Positions 13,410-27,170 of a stretch of 64,000 nucleotides of DNA are shown piece after piece. The DNA is taken from contig NW_024704742.1 of NCBI RefSeq assembly GCF_018977255.1, forward strand, positions 70,496,001 through 70,560,000, read 5' to 3'. How positions within the stretch are numbered: the stretch's first letter is position 1; the number at the start of each line of letters is the position of its first letter. Both the position numbers and the translations under genes were made by a program. Source of the stretch: Callorhinchus milii (Eukaryota). The notes beneath the pieces were generated by a model that saw nothing but the letters and a program-made list of their open reading frames with translations, was not told the origin of the DNA and ran no database searches.

Positions 13410-13960
13410 TAGACAACAACAACAACAACAAAATTGCATTTATAGAGCACCTTTCACGTTGGGAGGACATCCCAAAGCGCTGAACAGTCAGGGGTCGGGG
13501 CCCGAGCATGGGGGAGGGGTGTTGTAGGGCTGAGGGAAGGCAGAGAGGTGGGAGGGAGACCAAAAGCACGATCGAAGAGAAGGGTCTTGAGACCGGCCTT
13601 GAAGGAGGCAAGGGAGGAAGTGAGGTGAAGGGACCGTGGGATGGCGTTCCAGAGTGTGGGGGCAGATAGGCTGAAAGCCCGGCCAACGAGGATAGGGCGG
13701 GTCGGGCGGGAGACATGGAGCAGACCGGAGCCCGATGAACGAGGGAGCGCGCAGGTTGGTAGGGAGTCAGCAGGTCAGAGAGGTAGGAGGGGGCAAGGCC
13801 ATGAATGGACTTAAAGGTGAGGACGAGGATCTTGAACTCGATCCTCTGGGGGATGGAGAGCCAGTGGAGTCGGGTGAGGGTGGGAGTGATGGGGTCACGG
13901 AGCCTGGTGCGTGAGAGACCACGAGCTGCAGAGTTTTGGATGATCTGCAGCTTGTGAAGC
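13410..13960 (-). mobile_element. L2 LINE 3' fragment (second subfamily)
   Basis: similar to 33490-34010; CAA tail. Confidence 0.82.
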
Positions 13961-14927
13961 TCACTGAAGCACTTTGAGATGTGCTACTGCCTTGAAAGGC
14001 GCTGTGTAAGTGTAAATCTCTATCCATTGTGTTGCATTGCAAATCCTGTGAAGTGCTGAGACGTCTTCTCCACTTGAAAAGAACCAAACACAAGGATTAT
14101 TATTACCATATAACACTTCATGTGTGCACTTGACAGCAATAATAATAATGATAATAATCCTTGCATTTGATATAGCCCCTAATCATTTTGTTGAGACGTC
14201 TGAAACCACTTCACAGGATAAACATTAAAGTGGATTCACTATGTATGTGGGAGAAATGCAGCAGCCGGTTTGCACACAGCAATGTCCTGCAAACAGCCAT
14301 CGAGTGAGTGACTAATTTTATTTGGGTGGATTGTTGGACACAGGGAGAGAGAAACTTCCTTCTCTTTTCCAATAGCGCCACGGAATCTTTAGCATCCACC
14401 TTTTGGCCACAACAATACACAGTCACTACACTTTACAGTGTAAAGGCACTTTGAGATGTTCTGACGACATGATGGCGGGTTACATCAAATGTGAGTATTA
14501 TTATTTTTAAGACAGGGCAAGAGAAAAATGGGTGGAGGGGCGAAAGGTGAGAGGGGAGGACGAGGAAGATGAGAGAGAGGAGAGGGAAAGGGTGAGAGCG
14601 AAAGGTCTCAGGAATATTGTAAACAACTCCTCATTGGTTTTGAACACCTATAAACTTGGAATTGTTTATTGACTTCTTGGGAAGCAGAGCTTTCTCATTG
14701 TATCTCAATCCCTTGATAAAGTACACCAATGGTAATCACAGGACTCTCACCCACTGTCCTCTCCGCTCTGTGTCGGGAACAGCTTCTTGCCTTTTGTGGG
14801 GGGTGGAGGGGGGCGTTTGCCTGGGATTTCCTTCCCTGCCTTAATTGGATCTCAGGCAGACATATCACAGTCTCAAAGCTTCACAGGGAATAGATAATAT
14901 TTGACACAGAGGTGCATCAGAGTCAGA

Positions 14928-15270
14928 TGTGCCAGACTGGCTCAGTCGGTATTGCTCTCACCTTTGAGTTAGAAGGTTCTTGATTCAAGCTTTCACAGGT
15001 TGGAACTTTGAACACATAGGCTGACTCTGTGCAGTGCTGGGGGAGTTATACTTCGGTTGAGACGTTAGACCGTCTGTGCCCTATTCAGGTGCATGTTGAA
15101 AATCCTGCGGTGCTATTGAAAAAGAGAAGGGAGTTTCTCTCTCCCGGTGTCCTGGCCGACAATCCCTCAGATACAATCAGTCACTCTCATCATGACAGTT
15201 AGTGGGACGTCATTGTGTGCAAATTGACTGCCATGTTTGTATTCAAAATACACAGTCACTACATTTAGAG
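14928..15270 (+). mobile_element. Deu-domain SINE
   Basis: head + core motifs. Confidence 0.8.
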
Positions 15271-15554
15271 AAGCACTCCAAGACACTACCCAGCATGAAG
15301 GGTGCTATATAAATTAAAGTTATTGTTGGGTTGTTGTTGTTTTGATGTTATAACAGCTTTATCGAATGCAAAGATATAATAATAATCCTTGCATTTAATA
15401 TAGCACCTTATATCGTTGTCTCAAAGAGTTTCACAGGATATACTGTAAAGTGAATTGACTGTATATTTTGTGGGCGATATTTTTAATTGTTTCAAGATGG
15501 ATTTACGAACATTAGTTATGAAGCATTTCTTATTTTTTGTATTTTTTTCTGCAG

Positions 15555-15595
15555 AATTTCTACAAAGAGATAGACCGCGAGGAGATGTACATTCG
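15555..15595 (+). CDS. dock2-like: DOCK exon E (NFYKEIDREEMYIR), start of DHR2 region
   Basis: cag|AAT...CG|gtgagt; 41 nt. Confidence 0.95.
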
Positions 15596-16782
15596 GTGAG
15601 TACAACTGACTGATGCCTCCACCCGTCACACAACCTTGTCTGGTTTTGCCTGTTGATTGTCTGCCACGTTCCCCTACACAGTATATAATCACTAGCCTTC
15701 ATGGTGAATCTCCTTGAGACATCCTCCTAATGTGAAAGACGCTGAATCAATTGCAAGGATTATTATTATATTATTTCACTTAGGGACGTCACTGGTGTAG
15801 ATTGGCTGGCACATTTGCCTCTAAATGAATGCTCTCCCAGGACTGCACTGGAGATTGTGGGAGCTCAAAGTCCCTTTTTGGGAGCATGAACCCACGACAC
15901 CTGACTCAGAAGCGAAAGTACTAGTGACTAAGCCAGGCTGACACCATCGGTCCAAAAAAAGAGTATTTTTGCCTTAATAAACAATCTTGTAGCCAATGTT
16001 TGGGCCAATTCCTGAAATTCAGCTTTGAAAGTATTAGGTGTAGGTGTGGCAGGAGGTGCGTACATGGGGGTGTGGCTGAGCCTTAAGTTGCCAGAGGTGC
16101 TGTCCTTCGGATGAGATGTTAAACCGAGCCACCATATTTGCCTGTTCTGTTAGAGATCCACAGCGCTGTTGGAAAAGAGGAAGTGGGTTTCTTTCTCCTG
16201 GTTCCCTGGCCAACCGTCTTCCCCCCTTGTATGTATTGTTTGTTCATCTGGTGGCTGTTGGTGGGTATTGCTGTGTGCAGCATAATTACAGGTCACTCAA
16301 CTTAACAATAATAACAATCCTTGCATTTAATATAGGGTCTTATCAAATCATCGAGGCATCGCAAAGTGCTTCACAGGATATATTAGAAATTGTATTGACT
16401 GTGTATTTTGTGGGCAATTCGCAGCCGCTGATTTGCGCATAGCAGTGTCCCACAAACATCAATGGAGTAAGCGACCAATTGTATCTGGGGGATGGTTGGC
16501 CAGGACACCAGGAGAGAAAAACTGTTTTCTTTTTGAATATTGCCATGGGATCTTTAACATCCACCTGAACAAACAGATGGGACCTTGGTTTAACATTTGA
16601 TCTGAAGGATGTTGCCAGGGCTTACCCAATCAAGTGTTTTGAGAGGTTTGGGATGTTATACTAAGCGATGCTGCCTCATATGGTTCAGTATTGGCTACAG
16701 GAAAATGAGGAACCAGATTGAAAAAAACACATACGTTCCATTTAGCTGGTCCCAAGGCCAGCGGAATAAATAATCTGATACG

Positions 16783-16818
<36 letters not shown>

Positions 16819-17919
16819 ATAACCCCCTCAAATCAATTCCGTCACCAAATAACAATCCCCTGCTGAAATGGCTGACTCAATACTCACTCCATCAGTCTGG
16901 ATTACTTTATAAATTTAATGTTGACCACTTTTTCTTCACCCCCACCCCTCCACCCCTTTCACACCCCGTGAAGTGAATGGCCAATTTTGATTCCATATCT
17001 GGAGCAATGTCAGCCAAGCATACCTGGAGAAACTTCCTACTCCCTCACAGTCTCTCTCCCTGAGCCTTGGCTCTTGCCAACCTGAGCCTAACACTCTCTG
17101 GGATTGGGTAAACAGGATGTGTCCATCCCAGGAGCGAGAGGGCATATTCCATTCTAGACACCGTAGAAACAGTTAACTGTCCAATGACTTTGAGTTATTT
17201 CCTCCCTACCGTGTCGTCTCACCATCAAGTAACACCAGTCTAAATAGCATGTCTCCCTCCGGTCTCCCACAGTCCTGCTATTCATCAAATCTGAGTGTTG
17301 TGGCGCTGTTAATTCCCATTACAAGCAAGCGACCGAACACTGAACATCTGCTAACACGCAGTTTGACTGATTAGTCACACTGGCTGTCAGAAGTGACAAT
17401 TAGCAAAGGAAGGTCACCCGAGTGCGCTGGGTGTAGGGTGAGAAGGAGTGGAGCAAGTTTCCTTATCACTGCCCCACACTGCCTCGCCAGGGCACTTCAG
17501 GATTCATACCCAGCGATGAGCAGTTTGACATTAGGATGTTAATGAGGATCTGCAGGCATTCGCCAAGGATATCTCACAATGTGCCGGAGCCCCGATGTTT
17601 GATTACAGCCTTGAAGTGAGGCTCAGGGTGACACAGCTACAACATTAATGACAAACCCTGACGTTCAATGAAACAATTCCCAAACTCACTCAGAGTGTCA
17701 GTTTGACTCAGTCGGGAGCAATCTCAGCTCAGAGACGGAAGATTGTGGGTTCAAGCCCCCACTTTGGGGATTTTCAGGCCACACAGTCTAGCCTGACATT
17801 CAGTTCTGTATTGGGGGTGGAGCTGCATTAGCAGAGTCGCTGTCCTCTGGATGAGATGTTAAACTGAGGCCCCATTTGTGCCTGTTCTGTTGGATGTTAA
17901 AGATCATGTTAAAGATCAT

Positions 17920-18240
17920 TCTCTTGAAAAGAAGAGGGTAAGGGGTAACCTGATAGAGGTCTTTAAAATGATGAAAGGTTTTGATAGAGTAGACGTAGGG
18001 AAGATGTTTTCACTTGTAGAGGAGACCAAAACCAGGGGCCATCAATATAAAATAGTCACAAATAGATCAAATAGGGAAGTTCGAAGAAATTTCTTCACAC
18101 AGAGAGTAGTGGGAAAGTGGAACTTGCTACCACAAGGAGTTGTTGAGGCAAATAGCATAGATGTATTGAAAGGGAAGCTCGATAGGTACATGAGGGAGAA
18201 AGGAATAGAAGGTTATGCTTGAAGGCTTAGTTGTGGAAGG
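17920..18240 (+). mobile_element. CR1 LINE 3' ORF2 fragment
   Basis: SLEKKRVRGNLIEVFKMMKG..TRGH..FFTQRVV..WN.LP. Confidence 0.9.
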
Positions 18241-18567
18241 GCAGACCCATTTTCGGGTCCCAAGGTCACTGCTAACATCACTTCCTGTTCCAACTATCTG
18301 TCACCTTGTCATGGTCGTACTCGTGAGCGATTCTCGTGCCCCACTCCCCTCTCCCTCACTCAACATCCGACCCCATCACTATGCAGTGCTCTGAGACACT
18401 ATGCTGTGTGAAGGGTGCTGTATAAGCACAAATTATTGTTGCTCTTGTTGTTGCTGAAGTGTTTTGAGATGTCTCGATGGCAGGATAAGGCACCATATCG
18501 AATGCAAGGATTATTATTATATTATTATCTTCCAGAACTGAAGCCCCTCAAAATAATGTTGGTAACT

Positions 18568-18895
18568 TGGAGTCCTGTAGCTCAGTGGTTAGAGGATTTG
18601 CCTCGCAAGCGAGAGACCTGGGTTCAATTCCAGGCAGGGCAAAACCTTGGGCAATTTTCCTTACTCCACACGCCTAATAATAATCCCTCCAAAACAAAAC
18701 AATAATAAATTGGTCATTTTCAATCCGCAACTGTTTGTGGGACACTGCTGTGTGCAATTGGCTGCTGGGTTTTGCCCACAAATATACGGTCAATTCACTT
18801 TACAGTCTTCTGTGAAACGCTTTGAGCCATCGAGAAGACGTGAAAAGCCCTATATCAAATGCAAGGATTATTATTATATTATTATTATTATTATA
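18568..18895 (+). mobile_element. Second tRNA-SINE family (Ala-like head, CORE-like ACCTTGGGCAAG), short form
   Basis: TGTAGCTCAGTGGTTAGAG..GGTTCAATTCC head; shared tail; (ATT)n. Confidence 0.85.
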
Positions 18896-19110
18896 ACATG
18901 TTTGAAATATTTGGGCTATGTTTTGGGAGCATATTGGTCGAGTGTTAGTAAAATATTGGTTATGCGTTGGTAGTGTGTTGGTGAAGTATCAGTTATGCAT
19001 TGGTAGCGTGTTTCTTACTTGTCTGTAACATGTTGGTAACCAGTTGGTAGCATGTTTGTAACATGTCCATAACACGTTGGTAACATGTCATTAGTGTGTC
19101 GGTAACATGT
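18893..19110 (+). repeat. Degenerate ~11-nt repeat (TAACATGTTGG)n upstream of exon F
   Basis: seen directly. Confidence 0.6.
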
Positions 19111-19141
19111 TATAAATCTGTGTTCTACTCTGTGTCCTCAG

Positions 19142-19232
19142 CTACCTCTACAAACTCCGAGACTTGCACCTGAGCTCCGAGAATTATACGGAAGCGGCCT
19201 ACACTCTCCTCCTGCACGCCAAGTTACTGAAG
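19142..19232 (+). CDS. dock2-like: DOCK exon F ([30 protein letters not shown])
   Basis: cag|C...AAG|gtgacg; DHR2 lobe A motif. Confidence 0.96.
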
Positions 19233-19647
19233 GTGACGTGTGCGATGTGTCGGGGAGCTTGCGTGTGGGTTGGGGGCTTTGCGTCGGACTAGGATTTTGA
19301 GTGGGGACATGCTGTGCTAACCTGTGCCCAAATGAAGAGCTGTTCACTGTTTAACCTGCTGGACACATCCATTGTGAAATTGAGACATCATGACCCATAT
19401 TACAACGATAATAATATCTCAAGATACAGTATAGAGTTTGGAGCACGACATGTAAAGTGACTGCCAGGATGGTGGAAGGTGAACTAGATGGACCTTGGTC
19501 TTCTTTGACCTAGCAAATTCTTATGTTCTTATGAAAAGTTACAAGAAATAGAGTGGACATAAATTCTTCCCACTTGGCTCCTGATAATCCTACAAGCCAT
19601 AGCCCTGAGGGATACGGTTGGGCTAGCTAGACAAGCAGTGGGAAAGT

Positions 19648-19847
19648 GAGTTAATGTTTCAGGTCGATGACCTTTCATTAGAACCCAGGTCTCATGTCTG
19701 TGCCTAGAGTTCCAACGAAACGTCATCGACCTGAAACGTTAACTAATTTTCCTTTCTCCATAGATGCTGTCTGACCTGCTGCGTATTCCCAGCGGCTTCT
19801 GTTTTTATTTCAGATTTCCAGTATCTGCAGTATTTTTTGTTTTGTTT
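19648..19847. mobile_element. Penelope-like fragment with an inverted repeat and degenerate minimal-hammerhead motifs
   Basis: GTCATCGACCTGAAAC(G/A)TTAAC in both orientations, followed by AGATGCTG.CTGACCTGCTG..TTTCAGATTTCCAG.ATCTGCAG. Confidence 0.55.
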
Positions 19848-19911
19848 AAGCAGTGGAAAGCTTGCCAGACAGTGGTCTCAATGGCAAGCTAAGCATTTAT
19901 CACTGGTTAGT

Positions 19912-20300
19912 GTGTCAGACTGGTTCAGCGCTATCGTATGAGTCAAAAGGTTTGGGTTCCAGCCTCACATGGGGGAACTTGGAGCTCACAGACAAGGCTG
20001 AAGCTCCAGGCAGTGCTGGGGTTGGGTTGCAATGTAAGACGTGACGTCCTTCGGATGAGACTTTAAACTGAGGTTGCATGACTGTGCCTGTTCAGGAGGA
20101 CAGCGTCCTGACCGATAATCCCCCAGATAAAAGCAATCAATCGTTCCATGTCTGGTTGCGGGCTGTTGCAAATTGTAGGCAAATTGTTTGCTGCGGTTGC
20201 CTACAAAAATATACAGTCAACTACATTTTACACAGTGAAATCCTGTGAAGCACTTTGAGACGTCCTCCTGAAATTAAATCCCTGTATCAAAAGGCAAGGA
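19912..20300 (+). mobile_element. Deu-domain SINE, internally deleted
   Basis: head, partial core, tail. Confidence 0.75.
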
Positions 20301-22565
20301 TTTGCAATATTTTTCAGATATGCAACAGGCACTGGGTCAGGGTATGTGTGTTTGTGTGTGTGTGTGTGTGTGCGTGCGCAGGGGGTCACAAGACATTTGC
20401 TGAACACACCTGCCTGCGAGTGTATATTTAACATGCTGGCTGCCCTGTTCAGCAACTGCTGTGTAAATTAGCCTGTTTGGTTTTAAATAATATGTCAAAA
20501 CTTTGCAATCACCCTTGTCCCCTATCTCTCCTCCCACCCCATCCAAACATACGCGCACACGTATTTTCTCGGTGATGAAAGATTGCGCACACTCTCAGCT
20601 TCCTGGCTGGAATGGAAGTGGCTTTTGTGTGCAGTGTCCTGCGGTTTGTATGACAGTAATTGGTTGGTTACACCCGGCGTGTCGGATTGCTAATGGGATT
20701 AAGGCTTTACCACTGATACGCACCACCCAAACTCCCTCCTATAGCACTGCAGGGCACTGACTAGCTAATTGACTGAGCGTTTGGGGGAGGGAGGGGGAAA
20801 GGGGGAAGGAATTACTCTCACTGCTCAGCACACTTGCTCAGCACATCGTCTATCCTGCATGATGGTGCTCTCATTGTTGCAGTGCTGGGGGGAGTACCAC
20901 ATTGCCAGAGGTGCTGTCCTTTAGATGAAGTGTTAAACCCAGTTCCCCAACTGTTCAAATGGATGTTAAAGATCCCGCGGCGCTATTGAAAAGATAAGAG
21001 TTTCTCTCTCCTGGTGCCCTGGCCGACAATCCCTCAGATAAAATCAGTCATTCACTTCATGGCTGTTTGTGGGGACATTGCTGTGCACAACTGACTGCCG
21101 TGTTTACCCACAAAACACACGGTCACTACACTTTACAGTGAATCCTGTGAAGCGCTGTGAAACATCCTTACGATCAGAAAGGTGCTGTATTGGGGAATCT
21201 GCCAATCTCTCAGCCCCTCCGCTCCTCCATCGACGGCAGTGCTTTCAGCCACTACACCCCAAACCTCTGGAACTCTGCCTCAATCCCTCCACCTCACCCC
21301 CTCCAGATTTCACCTGAAGACCTTCCTCTTCAACCATGCTTATGGTCACCTCTCCCCTCTCCCTGGCTCAACTTCAAGTTTCACCACTGATAAGCACTCC
21401 GAGCCGCTATACCGCTTGAAAGGCGTTATGTAAATGCAAGTTGTATTAAATGCCAATATTATTTTACTTAAGTAGCAAGTGGCCAGGCCTGGGGGCGGGA
21501 GGGGGCTAGGGGGAAGAGGAGGCAAGTTGGAAGGAAAGGGAAACTGATTATTGCTCAAAAGAGTTTTAAATTAAAAAAAACTTGCTTGCTCTGGCTGAGA
21601 GTTGAAAGGAATTTAGACACTGAATCCAGCTAGCTAAAAGCTACAGAAGCCTGTGAATTAAGAGGACCCTGATTTCTCTCTCTCTCTTTTTCGCATCTCC
21701 CTTTATTTTCTCCAGACAACACTCCCCTCTTCACACCGTTACTAATCCAATTTACGGAGCGTTTAATTGAATCGTGACAATGCCTGAATGTTTGAGACCT
21801 GCAGTGATTTACTACACTCACCCAGGTTTCTGCATCACAGAGACTTTGCTTAAATTGATACACCTATATTCATCTGTGAGGCAAGAGTGAGAGAGAGAGA
21901 TTTCTGTGGCCTGCAATGATTGGTTTTGTTAATATGCATTAGGGTTCAATACTGGAGAGCACGTGGATAAAATTAAGCAGCTTTTGGCAGTGTTTTGAGA
22001 TCAGAGGGAATCCGTGAGGGTTCCGCCATGGAGTCTGCACTGTGTTCAACGACACGATCCCTGTTAATACCCCTTAATCCATATGAGGCTTTAAGAATGA
22101 GCTGTGGCAAACCGGCCTGATGGAGGATTATTAATAATAATGATCACCATAAGAATAATCCTTGCATTTTGTACAGCGCCGTTCACATCAGGATGTCGCA
22201 AAGCGTTTCACAGGATCTTAACTGTGAAGTGCAGCGACTCTGTGTTTTGTGGTCAAACGCAGCAGCTGATTTGACAGAGCAATGACCCACAAACAGCCAC
22301 GAACAACAACAATAACAAGAAATTACATGTATACAGTGTCTTTCACTTTGGGATTGTCACGATTCAATTAAACGATTAAACATCCCAAGGCGCTGGACAG
22401 TCAGGGATTTGGACCCGAGCTGGGGGTTAGCATCAGGAGGGTAGAGGGCAGGGAGGGTGGGGGTAGGATGGTGACCGAAGGCACTGTCGAAGAGGAAGAT
22501 CCTGAGGCCTTGAAAGAGGCAAGAGAGGGGGCGAGGGACTGAAATGTGTGGCTGATTTTTATCTG

Positions 22566-22890
22566 TGGAGTCCTGTAGCTCAGTGGTTAGAGCACTCGCT
22601 TTGCAAGTGAGAGACCTGAGTTCAATTCCAGGCAGAGGGCGAAACCTTGGGCAAGTTTCCTTACTCCACACAGAGCCTAATAATAATCCCTCCAAACCCA
22701 AAAAACAATAATAAATTGGTCATTTTCAATCTACGACTGTTTGTGGGACATTGCTGTGCGCAATTGGCTGCCGCGTTCGCACACAAATATACAGTCAATT
22801 CACTTTACAGTGTATTCTGTGAAGCGCTTTGGGACGTCCTCCCGATGTGAAAAGCGCTATATCAAATGCAAGGATTATTATTATTATTAT
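22566..22890 (+). mobile_element. Second tRNA-SINE family, short form
   Basis: closely similar to 18568-18895. Confidence 0.85.
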
Positions 22891-24137
22891 TGTCTGTTGG
22901 GCGATTGTCAACCAGGAACATGTAGAGAGAGGAACCCCCCTCTCCTTTCAAGTAGCACCATGGGAATCTTTAAACGTCCGCCTGATGGGGAGCTTGGTTT
23001 AACATCTCGTCCAACGGACGGTGCCTCCGGCAGTGCAGTGTGGAGGAAAGGCAGGAAAATTAATGTTAAATTGCTTATAAACGCGTGGAGGAGGCTTAGT
23101 GAGCTGACATCTTAATCCTTTTCCTCAAAAAAGATTAAAATGTAACTATGTCTAAAGTGCCCACCAGCCTAGTCCTCGCCAAACTCCACTGTCTCTGAAG
23201 CACCCAATTCAAAGTCTTCACCAATAAATGCCTTCACAACCCCAACTCTGTGATCTCCTCGAACTTCACTCTGTTCAACCCCTCCTGTCCCCTCACTCCT
23301 TCATAGTGGCCAAGCATTCACTGCCTACACCTCTAAGCTCTGGGACTCTCTCTCACTCCTCCATCTCTCCTTCAGTCCCCCTCTCTATCTGCCTTTAAAT
23401 CCTGTTGAAAAACCTATCTCTTTGGCCATCTGTGGTCACCTCTCCCTCCACGTCTCCCTATCTGACCCTGGTCCTGTGAAGCGTGTGAAGGAGGGCGCTG
23501 GATAAATGTCACATGTTTTCGAGCCTTATTTGATTGTGGGACCCGGGGGGGTTAAACTGAGTTAAGCAGAGCTTTGGCTGAGTTAATCTGTATGGGTAAC
23601 CTCCTGCCTGCTCTCCTCCTCACAATTAATATTCATTTCTCTCTCCTGGTGTCCTGGACAACAATCCCTCAAATAAAATTGGTCACTCACTTCATGCCTG
23701 ATTGTGAGACACTGCTGTGTGCAACTGGCTGCTGCATTTCGCCCATAAAGTACACATTCAATCCACTTTGCAATGTATCCTGCAAAGCACTTTGAGATGT
23801 CTTGATGACGTGATAAGGTGCTAGCTATATCAAGATGCAAATATTATTATTATCATCATTAGTATTGTTATTACAGTGCAAATTACTCAGTGGAGGTAGT
23901 GTCTAAGTGGTTTTCAGTGATGGTCAGCCAGACCAATAACACTGCCACGTTACATATTAATAGATGTTACTTTTCATAGTATGTCTGAACTTCATAAAAT
24001 AACTACTTTGTGCAGGAGATTGATATTTTGTTTACCAACATTGTCAAGCCATTTTTGAATAGTCTTATCCACAGTCCCAGTATTGTTGTTATTATTAATA
24101 TATCTATGTCTAATGATTGTTGTTTTTTTCCCCCCAG

Positions 24138-24251
24138 TGGGCAGATGCTCAGTTTAGCACCACCATGCAGGACATGCAGAACTCGCAGACACAGAGGCAT
24201 CAGAAGGAGACTCTCTACAACACTATCATTGACTATTTCGACAAAGGCAAG
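24138..24251 (+). CDS. dock2-like: DOCK exon G (WADAQF...KETLYNTIIDYFDKGK)
   Basis: cag|TGG...AAG|gtaaag. Confidence 0.96.
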
Positions 24252-25226
24252 GTAAAGGCAGCTCACACAATGAGATGCTCAGGCCCTTTGCCTCCACTGG
24301 GCCACAGGTTGAGGCAGTTGAAGAGTTTGATGGAGTGGGTAGATGACCAAAAGAGTTAAGGTTTTGAATGTGGGGATAGAGGGGGTGAGGCAGAGGGACT
24401 CAGGGATGCAGTTCCAGAGAGTAGGGGGCAGAATGGTTGAAAGTGGAGTGGGGTATGGGGGGGCAAAGCAGTGGAATGGAAGTAAAGGGAGAGCTTTTTA
24501 AAGGCTGTACAGTCACGATGCCTTGTTCAGCCAGAATTTAATGATCTCCGTATCACTTTTGGCAAAGAGAGGAGAGCTTTTCTCCCTGTTGTCTTGGCTG
24601 ACAAGCCCCCACCCCCGCCATTGGTCACAAATTTCATGCCTGTTTGTGGGACAATTACTTTGTGCAAATCTGCTGCTGGGTTCATCTACAAAAACACTTA
24701 GCCACTCCATTTTACAGTAAATCCTGTGAAACGTTATGAGACGTCCTCCTGAAAGGAAACGGACTTGGCCTAAATTTGGAGATGAAACGGTTGGGCAGGC
24801 TAAGACTAGATGTCATTGTAGTGTTACAAGTGGCCAAGGGCTCTTCAGTCATGAGAGGAGAGGTCTCAGAGGGGACCTTGTAGAGGTGTGTTAGATTTTA
24901 TTTGGCCTTGAAAAAGTGAACCCAGATCAATATGTTTTGGATGCACTGGGACGACAGAACGAAAGGACGGGTTTAAAAATGTAAAGAGGCAATTTCAGGA
25001 CATACACCAGGAAGTTTTCATTTATCCAGAGGGTAATTAACAACTGGAATAGGGTTACCAGGAAGAGTGGTTGAGGCCAGGACACTGGGATTCTTTTACA
25101 AATAGCTTGATGCTGTGATGGGGGGATGGTATTTTGAAGGGATGAGGTCCGAACTTATCTTGTGATCTTGTGAATGCAAGAGTGGTCGGTGTCACCCAGT
25201 GACTGTTTGCCTACTGCTCTAAATAG

Positions 25227-25316
25227 ATGTGGGAAGAAGCCATTCACCTCTGCAAGGAGCTGTCCGTGCAGTACGAGACAGAGATCTTTCACTACGAGCT
25301 CCTGAGCCAGACCCTG
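25227..25316 (+). CDS. dock2-like: DOCK exon H ([30 protein letters not shown])
   Basis: tag|ATG...CTG|gtaagt. Confidence 0.96.
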
Positions 25317-25990
25317 GTAAGTAAGGTTGCTCATGCTCACATTGCGTCACAGCGTTGCTAATCCTTCTGGTCATCAAGACATCGAGGGGGATGCCCAGGT
25401 CCTGGAGACTGTACGGAGGAGAGCAATCAGGATTATCCCCAGGATTGGATGAGTAAGAACGTAGGAAATCAGCTGACTCCAAGGATATGTTCAGCAACAG
25501 TATGTTGGAATAATGCCAGCCCTCCATGATGGTCTCTAGTCCAGTTCCTGAGCCAGGCAGGTCCGCAGTATTCCAGGGCACTGCTGATGAAAGCACAGCC
25601 CAGCCTGGATCATTGGCAGGACCTGGAAGGGCAGACCCGTCACTGGGGGCAGGGAATCCTCCCACTCAGCTCCTGTTAACCATGCAAACCAAAGCCGTAA
25701 CGTGCATGGTGGTCCGAGCTGGACAGCAGCGGGAATGCTTGTAGACAGTGCTATCAACGACAAGCTGGTTAGACTCGAGCACTTATCCAAAAGCACACTC
25801 TGGGGTCCCGAAGCTTTGGATCTCGCTAATCTGCATCCAGATCTGAAAAACAAAACAATTATGGAATCGGAGGAGGGGAGTTCGGGGTGGGGTTTGACAC
25901 TGATCTGGGGATGGGGAGAGACATGGTGGGAGGGGGCCAGGGTAAGATGTGACAGCGTGGCTGATCTGGCTTATTGTTCATCACCTACAG

Positions 25991-26095
25991 CAACGACAAG
26001 CCAAGTTTTATGAAAATATCATGAAAGTGCTGAGGCTGACCCCCGAGTTCTTTGCTGTGGGCTACTACGGACAGGGATTCCCAACCTTCCTCAGG
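25991..26095 (+). CDS. dock2-like: DOCK exon I ([35 protein letters not shown])
   Basis: cag|CAA...AGG|gtaaga. Confidence 0.96.
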
Positions 26096-26539
26096 GTAAG
26101 AAATACTCCTTCCTCTCTGGAGAGCAGGTGCCATATTGTGTTGTCTGCTGGGGTGGGGGGAGTCGAAACCACTTTCTAACACATCAGAGTGTCCAACTTG
26201 CAAAGTAAATGGACCTGACAGGCTTGATCTTCGTTCTTAGGCATCTTTATCCCTTAAGATTAAGAAAATGTGCTATTGAACTCATTAGACTCCTTGTTCA
26301 CATATTTGCTCACATATCCTTTTGGGAGGACTCATGTTGGGAGGACTCCATGTTGGAGTCCATACATGTGTGATGAGCTTGTTTAGGTCACAATTGGGGA
26401 TCCTCAGAAAAAAAATGCTCATGACACTCCCCCATGCAAGCCCTTTCCGATGAGGTATAAATCATGTCTCTACATCAATCGGTTATTGCGTTATTGGCGG
26501 ACAGACACACAGGTGGACATTTTGTCTTTATTAGTATAG

Positions 26540-27170
26540 ATAACACGATGTATGTTACTGGCTATAACTGCATATTATATAATAACAATCTATTATTGGC
26601 TATAACACTGTATATTATGTAATAACACACCATGTGTTACTGTCCATAACACTGTATATTATATTAAAGCACTGTATTATATAATAACACACTGTCCGCT
26701 CCTGGCTACAACTATATTATACAATGTATGTTACTGGCTATAACATTGTATATTATATAATAACACACTGTGTTACTGGCTATAACATTGTATATTATAT
26801 TATAACACACTGTGTTACTGGCTATAACACTGTATATTATATAATAACACACTGTGTGTTACTGGCTAAAACACTGTATATTATATGATAACACACTGTG
26901 TTACTGGCTATAACACTGTATATTATATAATAACACACTGTGTGTTACTGGCTAAAACACTGTATATTATATGATAACACACTGTGTTACTGGCTATAAC
27001 ACTGTATATTATATAATAATACACTGTGTGTTACTGGCTATAACTGTATATTATACCATGTATGTTATTGGCTATAACGCTGTATGTTATATAATAACAC
27101 ATTGTGTGTTACTGGTTATAACCGTATAATATATAATAACACAATGTGTGTTACTGGCTATAACACTATA
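26540..27170 (+). repeat. AT-rich ~40-nt minisatellite (ATAACACACTGTGTTACTGGCTATAACACTGTATATTATATA)n; short relative at 60236-60410
   Basis: seen directly. Confidence 0.92.

Noticed and set aside
22566..22645. tRNA-Ala-like gene
   Set aside because: It is the head of a SINE continuing into body and tail; many diverged copies
25575..25610. CTGATGA in the unclassified repeat as a hammerhead core
   Set aside because: No stem II followed by GAAA could be built; other copies read CTGATGAC without it
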